Shown: piece by piece, positions 10,327 to 24,000 of the stretch
Numbering within the stretch: position 1 is the first letter of the stretch
Layout: every line of letters begins with the position of its first letter
Origin: Tubulanus polymorphus
Lineage: Eukaryota; Animalia; Nemertea
Length of the DNA stretch: 64,000 bases
Assembly: GCF_964204645.1 (NCBI RefSeq)
Contig: NC_134026.1
Coordinates: 11,369,950-11,433,949 of the forward strand
Reading direction: 5' to 3'
Notes under the pieces: generated by a model
Seen by the model: the letters and a program-made list of their open reading frames with translations, nothing else
What the model was told of the DNA's origin: nothing
Databases searched by the model: none
Made by a program: the position numbers and the translations under genes

Positions 10327-11741
10327 CAGATATCTTAGCTATTAGTTTAAAATCATATTTTCTTATATTTGCATCATTTATAGCTTTATGTTCTTCTATT
10401 TTTTGATTGATTACACCCAATTTTCCTGATAGTTGTTTTATAAATAAGTAGATATCATACCCTCATAAATTATAAAATAATATTTGTACGTTGTTAACTT
10501 TCTTAGCTTATAAGTTGCAATCTTCATGAGCAGCTCCACGATATTTTGAATTTAAATGATCATGATCTTTAACTTTTTTAATCAAATGAGTAAAAACGTT
10601 TTTCACAGTAACAACAATGAGTTGCATAATTAAAATCAACTACATCTTCTTTGGTCATAAGTATTATTTTATTTTCATTTAATAATTGTGCAAAATCACT
10701 TTTTAATTCTATAATTTTATTACAAAATTCACAAAAACTACATCTTCACCTCTAAAAGAAATATATTGACTTTCATATAATTCAGGATAATTTGATTTTA
10801 TATAAATTCAATGCGCAGCAGCTCTTTGACGAACTTTCTAAATTGTACTTATAATTGGTGGGTCTTGTATTATGTCTTCATTTAGTTCATTCCCTTTATC
10901 CATTGATTTTAATAACTGCCTTTTATTAGGGTTTTCTGTTTCTTCACAGAAAACCCTATTGAAATTCGCGTGATTATTATTATTTTTTTTCCCTTTTCCA
11001 CATAGTTTTTGTTAAAAGTGTAAAGGCTTCCTTACCTTACCGCTGTCGCCGATACAATCCGTATGATGTCCTTCAGCTCACTTCAATCTCCAGATACTGC
11101 ATAGGAATTTTGATAAATCCACGTTATAAAGGCACTGTCGAGCCGAAAACATCAGAAATTTTGCTCCATTCAATTAGTAGCCATGTTGTGTTTTCTTACC
11201 GATATTTCTCTCTTCTTTTCGAGGAAGAGCTATCGAATAATTCCCTCTCTTCTCCACAATCAATTTCAAAGTCAATTTTATGAATTCATTGCTCAGCGGG
11301 TCCGAGTCCAAGAGTTTACGAGTCTGGCGTTCGCGTGTCTGACAGGTTTACGGCATTTGTTTGTTACCTCTTTAATATTTTTGATTTCTTGTTATTCCGG
11401 TTATTTTATTTAAGTATATTGCTGATCACTTCATGTAACCAAAAGCGTCAATAAACAGACTTTGAATTGATCAAGTTTAAATCAAGGTCGTTGAGTCGCG
11501 GAAGGCTCCTAGAATTACGTTCGTCTTCGTCTCAGAGAGAAAACAAACGACAGAAAAGTATCAGGTGATTATCGATAGCCTACAACGGCACAGACAGTTG
11601 ACAAACAGTGTTAGGCCTGTGCCGGTTGGTGCGTACTGGGACTAAATATACTGGTTGGTCAGTTGGTTCGGTTGTGAAGTGTGGAAGCTAAGATTATAAG
11701 AAAGCCTACCGGTATTTATTTGTCTATAGGCCTATTATATA

Positions 11742-12330
11742 GAAGCCAATACCATTTTAAGTACGTAGTTGTTAACCGCACTTGACTGTACGGTGATCTC
11801 CTCAGGTTAACCGCGTACGTGAGGTCCCTACTAAGTATATAATGCCATACGTGAGTTCCTAGTAGCCAATACCATTTTAAGTACGAAATTGTAACGCGTA
11901 CGTGACTGTACGGTGATATCCACAGGTTAACCATACGTGAGTTCCCTACTTACGCCGTACGTGAGTTCCTAGTAGCCAATACCATTTTAAGTACGAAATT
12001 GTAACGCGTACGTGACTGTACGGTGATATCCACAGGTTAACCGTACGTGAGTTCCCTAAAAACGCTGTACGTGAGTTCCTATAATCTGCAAACGCGCATG
12101 CGTAAAAGAATAGAGTTTGGGTTAGGTGAGGCTAGGCTATTTGTAAATCAAATTTCATCCACCCACCAGTTACGTTCTGTGGCACAGTGGGTAAATCACT
12201 GGACTACTACTGGATTTTTTTTTCGTTTGGTTTCGAATCCCAATATTGCAAGTCTGAGCGTCAACGTACTCACATATGGCTAACCTGTAGAAATCACCGT
12301 ACAGTCACGTACAGGTAACAACAGCGTTTT
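11742..12330. repeat. Tandem/inverted repeat block (about 110-120-bp units), probably a MITE remnant
   Basis: AGCCAATACCATTTTAAGTACG...TGACTGTACGGTGAT occurs three times, with an inverted copy near 12280-12320. Confidence 0.6.
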
Positions 12331-13370
12331 ATGTATTAAGTGAGTACGACAAGCCTACCATGCCTATGTACTACAAACACAACTTTTTCCCTCTCGTCGG
12401 CCCTACAGTGATGTTACTATAACTGGTGCCATTATAATATGGATAGGATTTGGTCAGGACTAGCCTAAAGTCTAATTCAGTCTATGTACTAATTCACTCC
12501 ATAGGCCTATTTTTAAAACAATACAGTGAAATATTCACACGCAGAAAGGCTAATTGATTTGAGCCATGTGATTAAGTTTGGCCAGGCCTTCTCTGACCTG
12601 CTGACATTAATAGTCAAACCAAAACGTTCATGTGGTCACGGCTTGTATTACCAGAAATCATTGTAGGCCTGTACATTTTGCTGTTCGTAGGTTTGGTATA
12701 CCGATTTCTCCATTCTTGACTGATAAGTGTACGGTACATCTGTACGCATTATATAATTGTTCCAATGGGAATAGGGCCTATTGATTGGGCTTATTATTTC
12801 CTGCTTTAGAGTACTGAAATAAACCTAATGTTCATTCAAATATCCAACATCGGTGAAAGTTTGATTAATAATGTATACATGTACTGTAGGTTTTCATGTT
12901 GTATGAATATTTTGCAGTTCAAATGGGTATGATGCTGATTCCAATGTCAAACGCATGAAGTTAGATGGTCAAGGACAGTCAACACCAAGATATCTCTCTT
13001 CGACCGATGTTGTACCATAGAAGATCTGATTCTTTCAACTCAAGGAAAGTGATTCAACACAATCGACATAACACTGGAATAGGTTTGCAGTAACTAACCG
13101 TTCATTTCATTTAGTCCTATGTACTTTTTAGCCTATTTGGATTTGATTGTAATTGAAACTCTGGAACTGTTAACAAAAGACAAGTAAGACAAGTTGAAAA
13201 AACACAAGTTAGGCTTGATTCCCATGTTCAAATTTAATTCAAATTTATTTTATTACATCATATTTACAAAGCATATCATTGGTTCATACAGTAATAAAAA
13301 TTAGGGCAGAACAAATATTATTACAGAAACTCCAAAAAGGCAATGAATTTCTATGACTAAATGAACATTG

Positions 13371-13930
13371 TTTTTAGCCCACTTGGGACTTTAGTCCCAG
13401 CGGGCTATTGCGTTCACTTTTCGTCCGTCGTCCATCCGTAGACGGAAATCAGTTATTTTAGGAAGTTTTGAAGACGCTTCAATGTAATGTCTTGATATTT
13501 GGGTTTCACATGTATCTACCCTAGACACATCTTCAGCTCAAAAACTGACCCTGTCAGAATCAAGATGGCCGACTGGCAGCCATTGTTGTTCGCCAAAATC
13601 AACACTTTTTACACATTTTTGAACTTTTTGAGGGAAATTTTGAAGATGCTTTGATCAATTACCTTGATCTTTCGGATATATGTGAATGCCCCTGGGCCCA
13701 TCAGCATAACAAAAATTGGGATACGGACTCAAGATGGCCGTCCTATGACCTTTTTTAGTGCCCAAAAATGTCAATTTTGGCCCGAATTCTGAGTTTGCCA
13801 TTTCTCATTGCAATTTGTGATGGGTATTCTTTGAAAAGGGATGTTTTATACCTTTGATACCTGTATTGTTAGATTGTTGAGCATTTGGAACCACTTCCCA
13901 AGTGGGCATGGTGTCCCTGGACCCCTAGTT
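13371..13930 (+). mobile_element. Second HINE/DINE-like family, nested, complete copy
   Basis: 5' TTTTAGCCCACTTGGGAC..GTCCCAG hairpin, CGTC-type microsatellite, 3' subTIR TCCCAAGTGGGC and stem-loop GTCCCTGGAC then CCCTAGTT; second copy at 58064-59213. Confidence 0.78.
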
Positions 13931-16896
13931 CTAATAACTCAGATCAAGAGTGACTCTCCCGTTTATTAGGAAACACACGCAACTAGTGGAATAGGTTTGA
14001 TTTACACACATGTTGCAGGTATCAATTGTTTATCACTGTAGAATTTGTAATCCATAAAAGCCAAAATCAACATCAGCCGGAAACCCAGACCAAATCAATT
14101 CATAATTTATTGATTGAATCTACACTACGATATATGTATTTATTCAAATATTTCAATAAAAACATTAACTTCTTAAATCTAATCTATTCTAAATCATAAT
14201 ACGTTCTTATCTGTGAATTCACTCAATCTATCGGCTCAGCAGGTGCTTAAGATGAGTTCTTAATAGGACAGATCCATTTTTAAGGATGGTGATAATACAG
14301 TATCATGATGTTTGAATGCCAAAATAAGTGCCTGGTCAAATATATTAATATTTGTGATTGTACGTCCACGTATGTTCGGTTTCAAAGCTGAATCATATTT
14401 GACGTTTACACAGTGGTTGCATATTAGGTTCGAATCTGTCAATGCATTTTATTCTATGTATCGATATTTCAATTTACTACAATTCCCATCATTCTGAATG
14501 GCTTTACAGAAAACCCGTCATCGCTGCTTTGCAGCTATATTTGTATATACATTTTTTTATCTTGGTCAGTTAATTCTTTATTCAACGATTCAAAATCTCC
14601 ATATATTAAAAATGGAACAATATTTCTAAACTTATGATTAGTAAATTTCAACTTCTGTTTGCATTATTAATTTACAAAAATCTTTTTTATCACATATTAC
14701 TCTTTATGTTTTAAAAATGCATTCTCTGTCACCGACTTAGATAAACATTTTCAACATAGATAAATTTATAGTGGTTGTTAAAATCACTTTCTGTTCGAAA
14801 GAATAAATCTATTTGTTTTAACCACATATAATGTTCATTTTCAACTTGTTATAATGTTTTGTGAAATATAAAGCTTCTAATGTATTATCTTTAATATTTT
14901 CACCTCTTGTCTCTGGTAGTTGCATTAATTAAAATACATTTATTTTCTAATTATTAACTTTTTCTATCTAAGGTATCATTTTTATAGTTACTGGGTATTG
15001 ATCAGTTTTATATAATGATTATTATATCCGATAATTTGTTATTCTATATACATGTTCTTCTGTTGGATGTAAAGAACTTGTAATCGACCATAGAAAACAT
15101 TTATTATCTTCATTTTGAACATCTATAACTGCTTTTGTTGTAAATGGTAGTTTACCATAAGATGATGCTTCAATATCCTTCTCTGTTGTAAAGTTTGAAT
15201 CATTTGTTAACATTTTATTACTTTTTGATGTTTTATTTCTTTTTGTATTATGAAATTTAAATCTAAATTATAATTTCATTCAATGATAAGCCAACCTTCA
15301 AAATATCTCTCTTCAATTGTTTCTTTTATGTCTAGTGAATCATTATAACTTTTAACATTGTCCATATAAGGTTTATTGAAAATATATTGAGTTTTTTAAT
15401 AGATGTTTTTACTTGTTGAGGTTAATCATCAAAATATGCTGTTCTTAAAATATTTCTAATTAAACTTTGTTGATGTTTTTGTGACTCAAGATGTCTATCC
15501 TAATTCCTTTTACTTATAAATTCATAACAAACATTACATTTAATTTCATCTACATCTTTTAATCGTTCTTTTCTTTAATTTGAACTATCTGGTGTCTCAA
15601 AATCTATAACATTTTTTTAATGATTTTTAGTTTTTTTTGTGTGATTTAGCAATATATTTTTTTTTCAGTATGGACAATAATATTGATTTTTATTACCATC
15701 ATTTTGTTTTGTTTGTTGTTCACTCCCATTTATAAGGAAAAAAATTACGAGTGGTGATGAGTGATGTGTCGACCTCTCGACATCTGGCCTGAAAGCGCAT
15801 TTTTCCAATTACTGACTCTTCCTAATTCTGTGATGATTCCAAATGTGGCATATTTCATCTAAATCATGCTGAAGAATAAATTGCATAATAATATCCAATG
15901 TTTTATGTGATCTAAAGAAAATATTTCTAGAAATGTTTAAATTCATCTATAACATTAATCTTTTCCCAACGAGATAATTGCATGAGTTTTCATCTGTAAA
16001 ATATTGACATACAGAATAGTGTCAATGCTTTGCCGATAGCGCTCTTCGCTTATTGATAAGTGCATAAAGCGTAGGTCATTCCTGTCAATACATACGCTTT
16101 TCTTGATGGCGGGTTACAAGGAGCTTTTGTACTGTAGAACTATTACGCAAAGCTAAAGTTACAAGGCGTTTACACCAAATTCAAGTCGACAACCATGGGT
16201 AGCAGGCACATTACATTGAACTGTATCCTGCCAACATGATGCCGACATACCAGAGCAAAAGGGCATAAATGTATGGCCGCACTTGCGTAGCGTGACCTCA
16301 AATTCAATTAACAGAGGCATAGGTCTGCTGATTGGCAAAAATTACAGCATGATACTGGTCTAATTTATTGGGGCACGAATAAATGTGTTAATTAGATCAG
16401 TGCAGAACAAAACTTAAGCAATTCAAATAATAATGTAATCGCGAGTTCGAAGATAAATACACAGATGATAGCAATTTGTGACCCGACAATAAAGAAAATA
16501 GTGAGAATATCAGATACATTGGAGAACGCTTCGAATGGGGTTACTGAGGAAGTCACAATATTGTCCAAATAACCGCACATTAGCTGAATGCGCCAATATA
16601 TGAGTTAAAGAGAGATCAGCTGGTACATCGATATAAACAGCATATAATCTATAAACGATCTTATCGACAAAGCCTTCTGCCACGATGTCCCTGATGAAGC
16701 TAACCACTCCCCCCGGGTCATGAAACTGAAAAAGACAAATTGAGGGTTGTATGCGATCCCCCCCCCTAAGTTTAAGGACGTATGTCTAAATGTTGTTGAG
16801 GGCTTCATTTCGTGAACTCTATTGGTGTGGATACACCATTCCGTGATGGCCCAGTTGCTGACATTAAATTCATGCTCCATCACACGGATCGCTATT

Positions 16897-17177
16897 CAAA
16901 TATGAAAATAACAATAATTTCTACTTGAATTAGTCGCGTACACTACTAATTCAAGTAGAAATTTTTATTATTTTCATATTTGGAAAATTTCTCAACGATT
17001 CAACCTTTAACCTGAAAGCCCATTACCCCTATTACTCTTAAAATATTCATATACATGGATTAAATATATATGAATAACATATAAATTGATAGATTATTCA
17101 ATATAAAAGTGTGAGTAAAGTGTTAGTAAAAAGGTAACGAGTAATTAACGAGCTCTTATAGAATAGATAGATAGATA
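16897..17177. repeat. Left TIR of element B (truncated), including partial terminal hairpin 16897-16982
   Basis: Reverse complement of 41661-41930; loop CGCGTACACT at 16935-16944. Confidence 0.92.
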
Positions 17178-19364
17178 AACATTATTTCAATATTTATATT
17201 TGTATGATTTAGATTTTTAAACATTAAAAGTGTTAGTAAAGTGTGATTGAAATAATTCATATTTAAATCATTGAACTTCTAAAATCAATTTAAAAAAAAA
17301 AATTTAGTATTAAAATGGAAGCAAATAAGTACTACTGTTCAACATGTAATATCAATATAGATAAATCCCAAAAAGCAAGACACAATAAAACTAAAACACA
17401 TTTAGAGAATAAATTGAAATTAGAATATGAAGATGATATATTAGAAACTAAATTAGATGAATTAAAGAATGAAAAAGAAACAAACAAATGTGATACATGT
17501 AATCAATCATTCAGTGATAAAAGATATTATAAAGAACATTTAAAATCTAAAAATCATATTAGAAATAATATTTTAGGTGAGGATTATTTTGATAATGATA
17601 ACGATAAGAAACATAAGACAATTAAAAGAATAAGAAATAAATTAAACAATAAAAGACCATACATGGAAGATGTAAGAAATTATATTAATTCATTAGATAA
17701 TAAAAAAGGTATAGAGATAACCGAAGCATTTAAAAGTGATATTGGTCCAGCAGCTATCGAGTTTAAATTTCATAAAGGAAAAACATTAGAAGAAAATAAA
17801 AAACATTAAGAAAATATGAAAAATATTATAAAAATAATTACAGATGTTGAATACCCTAAAATTAGTATATCAGTTAAAGTAAAGTTTATAAAATCTGAAG
17901 ATAAACCAATATATAATATAAATTCTCATTCACAACATATTATTTCAAAACAACATATAGATGAAAAATTAGATAAATGTTATAATGAAGTAAAAACTAA
18001 AATAGAAGAGAAATATTTTGAAGGATCTGGTTTAATATTTGATGAAATAATATTTACGACTTTACATGTTTATAACACAAAATATAATAAGTTAACTAAA
18101 TCAAAACCAATTGATGAAAATAATTTATCATATTATAAAGAACCAGATATTGAAGCATCTAGTTATATTAAACTACCATTTAAAACTAATGCTGTAATAA
18201 ATGTACACAATTTTGATGATAAATGTTTTCTATGGACAATTATAAGTTGCTTACACCCAGTTGAAGATTATAATAAACATACTTACAGATTAACAAATTA
18301 TAAACAATTTGAAAATAATTATAAGATATATAATTATCCTGTTAGAATTAAAAATATCCCAAAAATAGAAAGAGATAATAATTTAAGAATAAATGTATTT
18401 GATTTAATCAAATTACCAAATACAAAAGGTAACAATATAAAACATTATACATTAGAACCTTTATACCTATCAAAAGATTATGATTCAAATGATGTTATAG
18501 ATATACTATATTATGAAAATCATTATATGTGGATTAAACAAATCGATTTATTTTTTTAAATCAGAAAATGATCACCATAAAATATATCTTTGTAGAAAAT
18601 GTTTACATAGATTCAGTAATGAAAGTACATTATTAAATCATAAACAATTATGTGAAAATCATGATTATTGTAAATTAGTTTTACCAAATGAAAAGGATAA
18701 AATATTAGAATTCAATAAATATGATTACAAAAATAAAGTACCATTTGTAATACATGGAGATTTTGAATCATTAAATAAAGAATTAACTGATCAAGATAGA
18801 AAAGAAATATATTATAAAAGAAAGAAATTAAATTCTAATGAAAATGATTTTTCAGATGAACCACCAAAAACAAATACAATTAAAAAGATTCATCAATCAG
18901 CTGCAGCTTTTGGATTATATATTAAATCTGATTATCAAGAACTAATTAAAAGTGAACATTATCATTATAGAAATGAAAATGTTATCAATCATTTTTGTGA
19001 CTTATAAATTGAATATGAAATAAAATTTAATGAAAAGTTAAATGAAAATATAGAAATTATAATGACAGAAGAAGATAAAGAAGCATTTGGGTTTGCAGAT
19101 AAATGTTATTATTGTGAAAAGATATTTAATTATAAAGATAAAAAAGTAAGAGACAATGATCATTTGAACGGAAAGTTTAGAGGCGCTGCACATGAGAATT
19201 GTAATTTACAAGCTAAGAAAATTAACTTTGTACCAGTTATATTTCATAATCTATCAGGATATGATGCACATTTATTTATCAAACAAGTTATGTCATAAAA
19301 TAGAAGAAATCAATAATGAAAGAGAAAGATTAAATTCAAATAGATCAAAAGATAAAATACCAAC

Positions 19365-19989
19365 TGTTGCCCACTGGCAACAGTTTTTCTTTCAGGTCTG
19401 TTAAGTTTGAGTGAATTTAGTTTAATATCTTTTTTGGTCTTTATTTTGCGTGCTTTATGTTAGTATGTTGTTGTTAGGTAGTATTGGTAAGCTGTTGGTA
19501 AGCTGTTTTGTGTGGTTTGAATTCATATTAATCTGGTATTATGTAGTGTTGGTGAGCTGTTTTGTGTGGTTTGAATTCATATAAACTGACATTGTGTAGT
19601 GTAGGTAAGCTGTTTCATGGGTGGTTTAATTTTCCTTTACGTTTGCTCTGTACAACTGTACTTCTGTGCATTCGCCACAGTATTCTGATAGAGGAAAGAC
19701 ATAGGCTCTCTACAACTAAAAAGAGTTGTAAGTTAAAATTATACATTTCTAAATGTCAACTATTTATTGCATTTATCGAGGCCTTTTTTTCTCCGTAATT
19801 TGAATTATTATTTATCACATTTTTAGGGTTTAATTGTGTATTTTTCAGTTAACCACTCGCTCGTGTTCACTGTGTATCTGTAACCTGTGCGTTTCACACA
19901 TTCGAGAATAAAGTGCGTTAGACCTTTTATGATTGTAGCCGTCTTGTCCTCGATTTGATAAGTTCTATGTCCAACTCTGGTTTGGGACA
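19365..19989 (+). repeat. 5' LTR
   Basis: TGTTGCCC...GGGACA; direct repeat of 25680-26297. Confidence 0.97.
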
Positions 19990-20072
19990 TATTGTTAAAA
20001 CTCTTTTTATTTAAATTTCATAACGTTGAAGCTATATAATTCTATCGCTCAAGCTCTTGAATTCCGTTAAGA

Positions 20073-21047
20073 ATGGCGCCAGAAGAGATAGCTGTAAAGG
20101 GCTCGGACCCTCCGAGCATTGATAAGATTTCTAAATCGCGTTCGTCGTTGGCTGGTTGGCTAACTAGGACCGTTGACAGTTGCAGAAGCCAAGTCCCGAC
20201 GCTGAACAGTAAAAGCGCAATACTATTGCTTAAAGACCGTTTAGTTACTGCATTTGAAAGGTTAAAACAAAAACACCAGCAGTATATTTCAGTAGCATCA
20301 GAATTGGACTTGGAGATTGCTGAGGCCGAGTTATGGTTCGAGCCATATAACTCGGCGGTTGTAAATTGTTTAGATTTAATTGACTCTAAAATTGACAGCA
20401 TCATCAGTGATTTCACATCTGTTACTTCCGTTAAGTCTGTTCTGGCGACCGGTCAACAAACTTCGTCTGTTCCCCTGGATGTTTCTTCAAGTGCCACCGT
20501 CAACCATGGTCAATCCGCCTACCAGGACGCAGCGATTCCCGGCGATACATCATCAGAGGCGATCGACGATTGGATCGACAAGCTTGTCATCGGACAGGAG
20601 ACTGTCGTGGACGTGCCTACATCGAGATCTTCAGATTCTAACGACGAGGAGATCTTCAAGGCGTTCACCAAACTGAGCTGTGACCGAGACCTACCAAAGG
20701 TCGTGTTCGATGGATCCGCTCTGATGTGGCCACGGTTCGTCGATCAGTTTTATGAACAAGTTCATTCAAGGTATGGTCTTGTAGATAGCAGGCGTATGGA
20801 CCTGTTACTCTCACATACTAAAGGTGAGGCAAGAAAGATGATCCAAGGCCTGGGGTATTCAGGCCGGAACTATGCCCAAGCTCTTCAGGAGCTCAAACAT
20901 GTCTTTGGTCATAAAGTGTTAGTCGCCCGTGCTTGCCTGAATAGTATAACTGGACCTGTTATACAGTCGACCCCTACGTCCATTCGAGATTTCTACGTGT
21001 CAGTTAGACTGTATTGCTGTGTTAAATCAACTAAAGCACACTTATGA
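20073..21047 (+). CDS. gag: BEL/Pao Gag N-terminal region (frameshifted into the next ORF)
   Basis: LPKVVFDGSALMWPRFVDQF...KGEARKMI...ELKHVFG, typical of the BEL gag (DUF1759-like) region. Confidence 0.85.
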   Translation: MAPEEIAVKGSDPPSIDKISKSRSSLAGWLTRTVDSCRSQVPTLNSKSAILLLKDRLVTAFERLKQKHQQYISVASELDLEIAEAELWFEPYNSAVVNCLDLIDSKIDSIISDFTSVTSVKSVLATGQQTSSVPLDVSSSATVNHGQSAYQDAAIPGDTSSEAIDDWIDKLVIGQETVVDVPTSRSSDSNDEEIFKAFTKLSCDRDLPKVVFDGSALMWPRFVDQFYEQVHSRYGLVDSRRMDLLLSHTKGEARKMIQGLGYSGRNYAQALQELKHVFGHKVLVARACLNSITGPVIQSTPTSIRDFYVSVRLYCCVKSTKAHL

Positions 21048-24000
21048 ACTCAATAGTTGTGAACTCTTACAAAAGGTTGCTAAACGTCTTCCCGTTGAGA
21101 AAAGAGGGAAGTGGAATGAGTATGTACGATCAATATCCTCACGAAATAGAGAGCCTAACCTGATTGATTTAGGCCAATGGTTAAAAGATAGGGTTGATGC
21201 CGACTGCGGCCCTTTTGCGGTTTACATCCCTCCCAAAGGCTCTCAAATCGTGTCTAATGTGAATAATTCCCCTAGATTATCTACTTGTATGTCGGCGCAT
21301 GGTGATCAAATTAAAAAGTGCCCACTGTGTCCAAATGAATATCACCATATTTCGAGGTGTCAGAAGTTTGTGGATAGAAATTTGTCCGATCGGTTTGCGC
21401 TTGTACGTTTACATAAACTCTGTATTAATTGTCTTTATGTAGGGCATGTGAAAGCTAATTGTCCATCAAAGGGCAACTGCCATGTTTGTAAGAGACGTCA
21501 TCACACCAGTATACATCGTGATGAACAGCGTCCGTCGGGTCCATCGTCAGGTTCGGGATTGCCTCATCACAGCCAGGTCATGTCAGCTGTACATCGCCAA
21601 ACAACAAAAGGTTCAGGTAACACTGTTGTTCATTTTCAGATTGTCCCTGTCATTGCCCATGGCTCCAATGGCCGCTGCATTGCCACCTTCGCATTGTTAG
21701 ACTCTGCTAGCGATGTAACACTAGTAGAATGTAATTTAGCTAAAGATCTGGGTCTGAAAGGGCAACCAGATCTCCTTAAAATGCGTACGCTTACGTCGAC
21801 CGAAACGAAACCTTCCGAAGTCGTCAGCTTCTCTTTGTCTAACCCAGTGTCTCCCGATTCTGCTAAATTAAATCTCCCAGAGGTGTGGACAAGACAAGGC
21901 ACCATTAGTTGTCCACCGCAGTCGTCTCGAATCTCCCAGCAGTATGATCATTTCCGGGATTTGACGCTAAGTGACATACATCCAGGTGATGTTAAAATTC
22001 TGATCGGTGGGGATGTCCCATTTGCTCATATACAGTTAGAAATTAGGCAAGGCGAAAGGCCGATGGATCCTATAGCAGTCCGCACTCACTTGGGCTGGTG
22101 TATTTTAGGTCCTGCAGTTAAAGGGTCTCGTAATGAACCGAGGTTCGGTTTTAAAACGACAACCATCGAGACTCATGGTACTGATTTCCTGTTGGACAAG
22201 CAGATTGAGAAATTTTGGGAGACCGAAACGTTCGGCGGCGCTGACCTCTTCGATGATGTCAAAAAATCGCGCTCTGTAGAAGATCATCGTGGATTGGAGA
22301 TCTTAGATAAATCCTGCTGTTTAGTCGACGGACACTATCAGGTCGGTATGCTTTGGCGGGACATGGAGTCATTCATGCCCAATAATCGATTTCAGGCCGA
22401 AATTCGTTTCAAAAATCTCAAGAAACGATTAAATAAGGACCCACAATTAATGGCTCTTTATTGCAAAACCGTGAATGGTTACATAGAAAAGGGCCATGCT
22501 AGGAAAGTGAGTAATGAAGAGTTAAAATCCCTTAGTAAAAGAGCATGGTTTCTTCCTCACCACGGTGTAGTTAACCCCAATAAATCCGGCAAGGTCAGGG
22601 TAGTGTTTGACGCTGCAGCTCTTTACCTCGGTGTGTCATTAAATAATCAATTAATGACTGGGCCAGATTTATTAAATAGTCTGTTTGGAGTTTTGCAGCG
22701 GTTTCGTTTAGGAGCTGTTGCCATTGCAGCTGATGTGGAAGGCATGTTCCACCAAGTGAAAGATCCGGAGACTGATTCAAACTCCCTTTTGTTTTTGTGG
22801 CAAGAAGATTTAGCCGCTGATGGAGAGCCAGAAGTCTATAAAATGACAGTACATATTTTCGGCGCAGCGGATTCCCCGTGTGCTGCTAATTATTGTCTTA
22901 AACGCTCAGCAACTGATACTGCTTTGCTTTTCAGTGAGGCTGCCGTACAGACTATAATACGAGATTTTTATGTGGATGATATGTTGAAATCTGTGTCTTT
23001 TCCGTTACAGGCCATCGAACTAGCAGAGGAAGTAACGAAAATTCTGGCTCGTGGTGGTTTCCACCTCACTAAATGGATGGGTAACAACCGTGAAGTACTG
23101 GCGCAGATTTCGAAAGATGAGAGAGCCCGTCCTGAATTAGACTTAGATCTCGACGAGATGCCCGTTGAGAGAGCACTCGGCGTGAAATGGGTTGTCGAAT
23201 CTGATTCCTTCTTGTTCAGGCCAGCTGTTAGAGGGGGAATCCCGACGAAGCGTCTTGTCGTCAGTACGGTTAGTTCCATTTTCGATCCGTGTGGTTTTGT
23301 GGCTCCATATACTTTCAGGGCAAAGTTTCTTATACAGGAGATATGGAGACAGAACTTCGATTGGGATACTGCATTACATGGTGATGTTCTCACACGCTGG
23401 CAGGAAATGGATAAGTGAGCTACATTTTTTAGTCGACTTCAGACTAAATCGGCATCATGTAGATTTGTATGTTGGAAGCACTAAAGTAGAACTCCACGTA
23501 TTTTGTGATGCTTCTGAGGCTGGCTTTGCTGCTGTTGCATATCTCCGAATGAAGCGTCCATCAGGTGAATTTGTGTGTTCGTTTTTGGCGTCAAAGACTA
23601 AGGTGGCTCCTCTTAAGATGTTAACTGTTCCAAAATTGGAGCTCGAGGGAGCCGTTCTCGCTGTCATGCTGTCTAGCTCGCTTAAACATGAGTTGAAGAT
23701 GTTAGAATTTGAGCGCACCTGTTACTGGACTGATGCGGTTTCTGTCCTGAGATATATAAATAACATGTCAACACGCTTCAAAACATTCGTCGCCAATCGA
23801 CTGACGAAAATTCACCGTTCTACCAACGCTCAACAATGGATGCATGTGCCATCAGATCAGAATGCCGCTGATGCTGCTACAAGGGGTTTACCTGCAGCTG
23901 GGATCGATAAGCACCCCATGTGGCTACATGGCCCTCAGTTCCTGAGATTTCATGAGTCCGAATGGCCAGATCAGACTATTGTTCATGGTCCAGTACTATA

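Larger units (their letters stand above)
10921..14542 (+). mobile_element. Non-autonomous Helentron-type (HINE/DINE-like) element with nested inserts
   Basis: 5' hairpin TAGGGTTTTCTGT-n6-ACAGAAAACCCTA followed by (ATT)n; 3' subTIR ACAGAAAACCC and stem-loop GCTGC-TTT-GCAGC; T-rich flanks without TSD; related to 50246-62711. Confidence 0.75.
6957..15729 (-). pseudogene. polB: Decayed protein-primed family B DNA polymerase of Maverick element C, with intein and three nested insertions
   Basis: Fragments DIEASSYGKLPF, CFLWSITSSLHP, SIRGG, KLMNNSFYGKT (motif B), LMYDFYY, ILYFD/TDAY (motif C). Collinear with the element B PolB; ATAAATG start at 15729. Confidence 0.9.

Noticed and set aside
16935-16944. 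Flip/flop isomerism of the hairpin loop between the two ends of B
   Set aside because: The left loop CGCGTACACT is simply the reverse complement of the right loop AGTGTACGCG, as expected for a TIR; no isomer is visible here.
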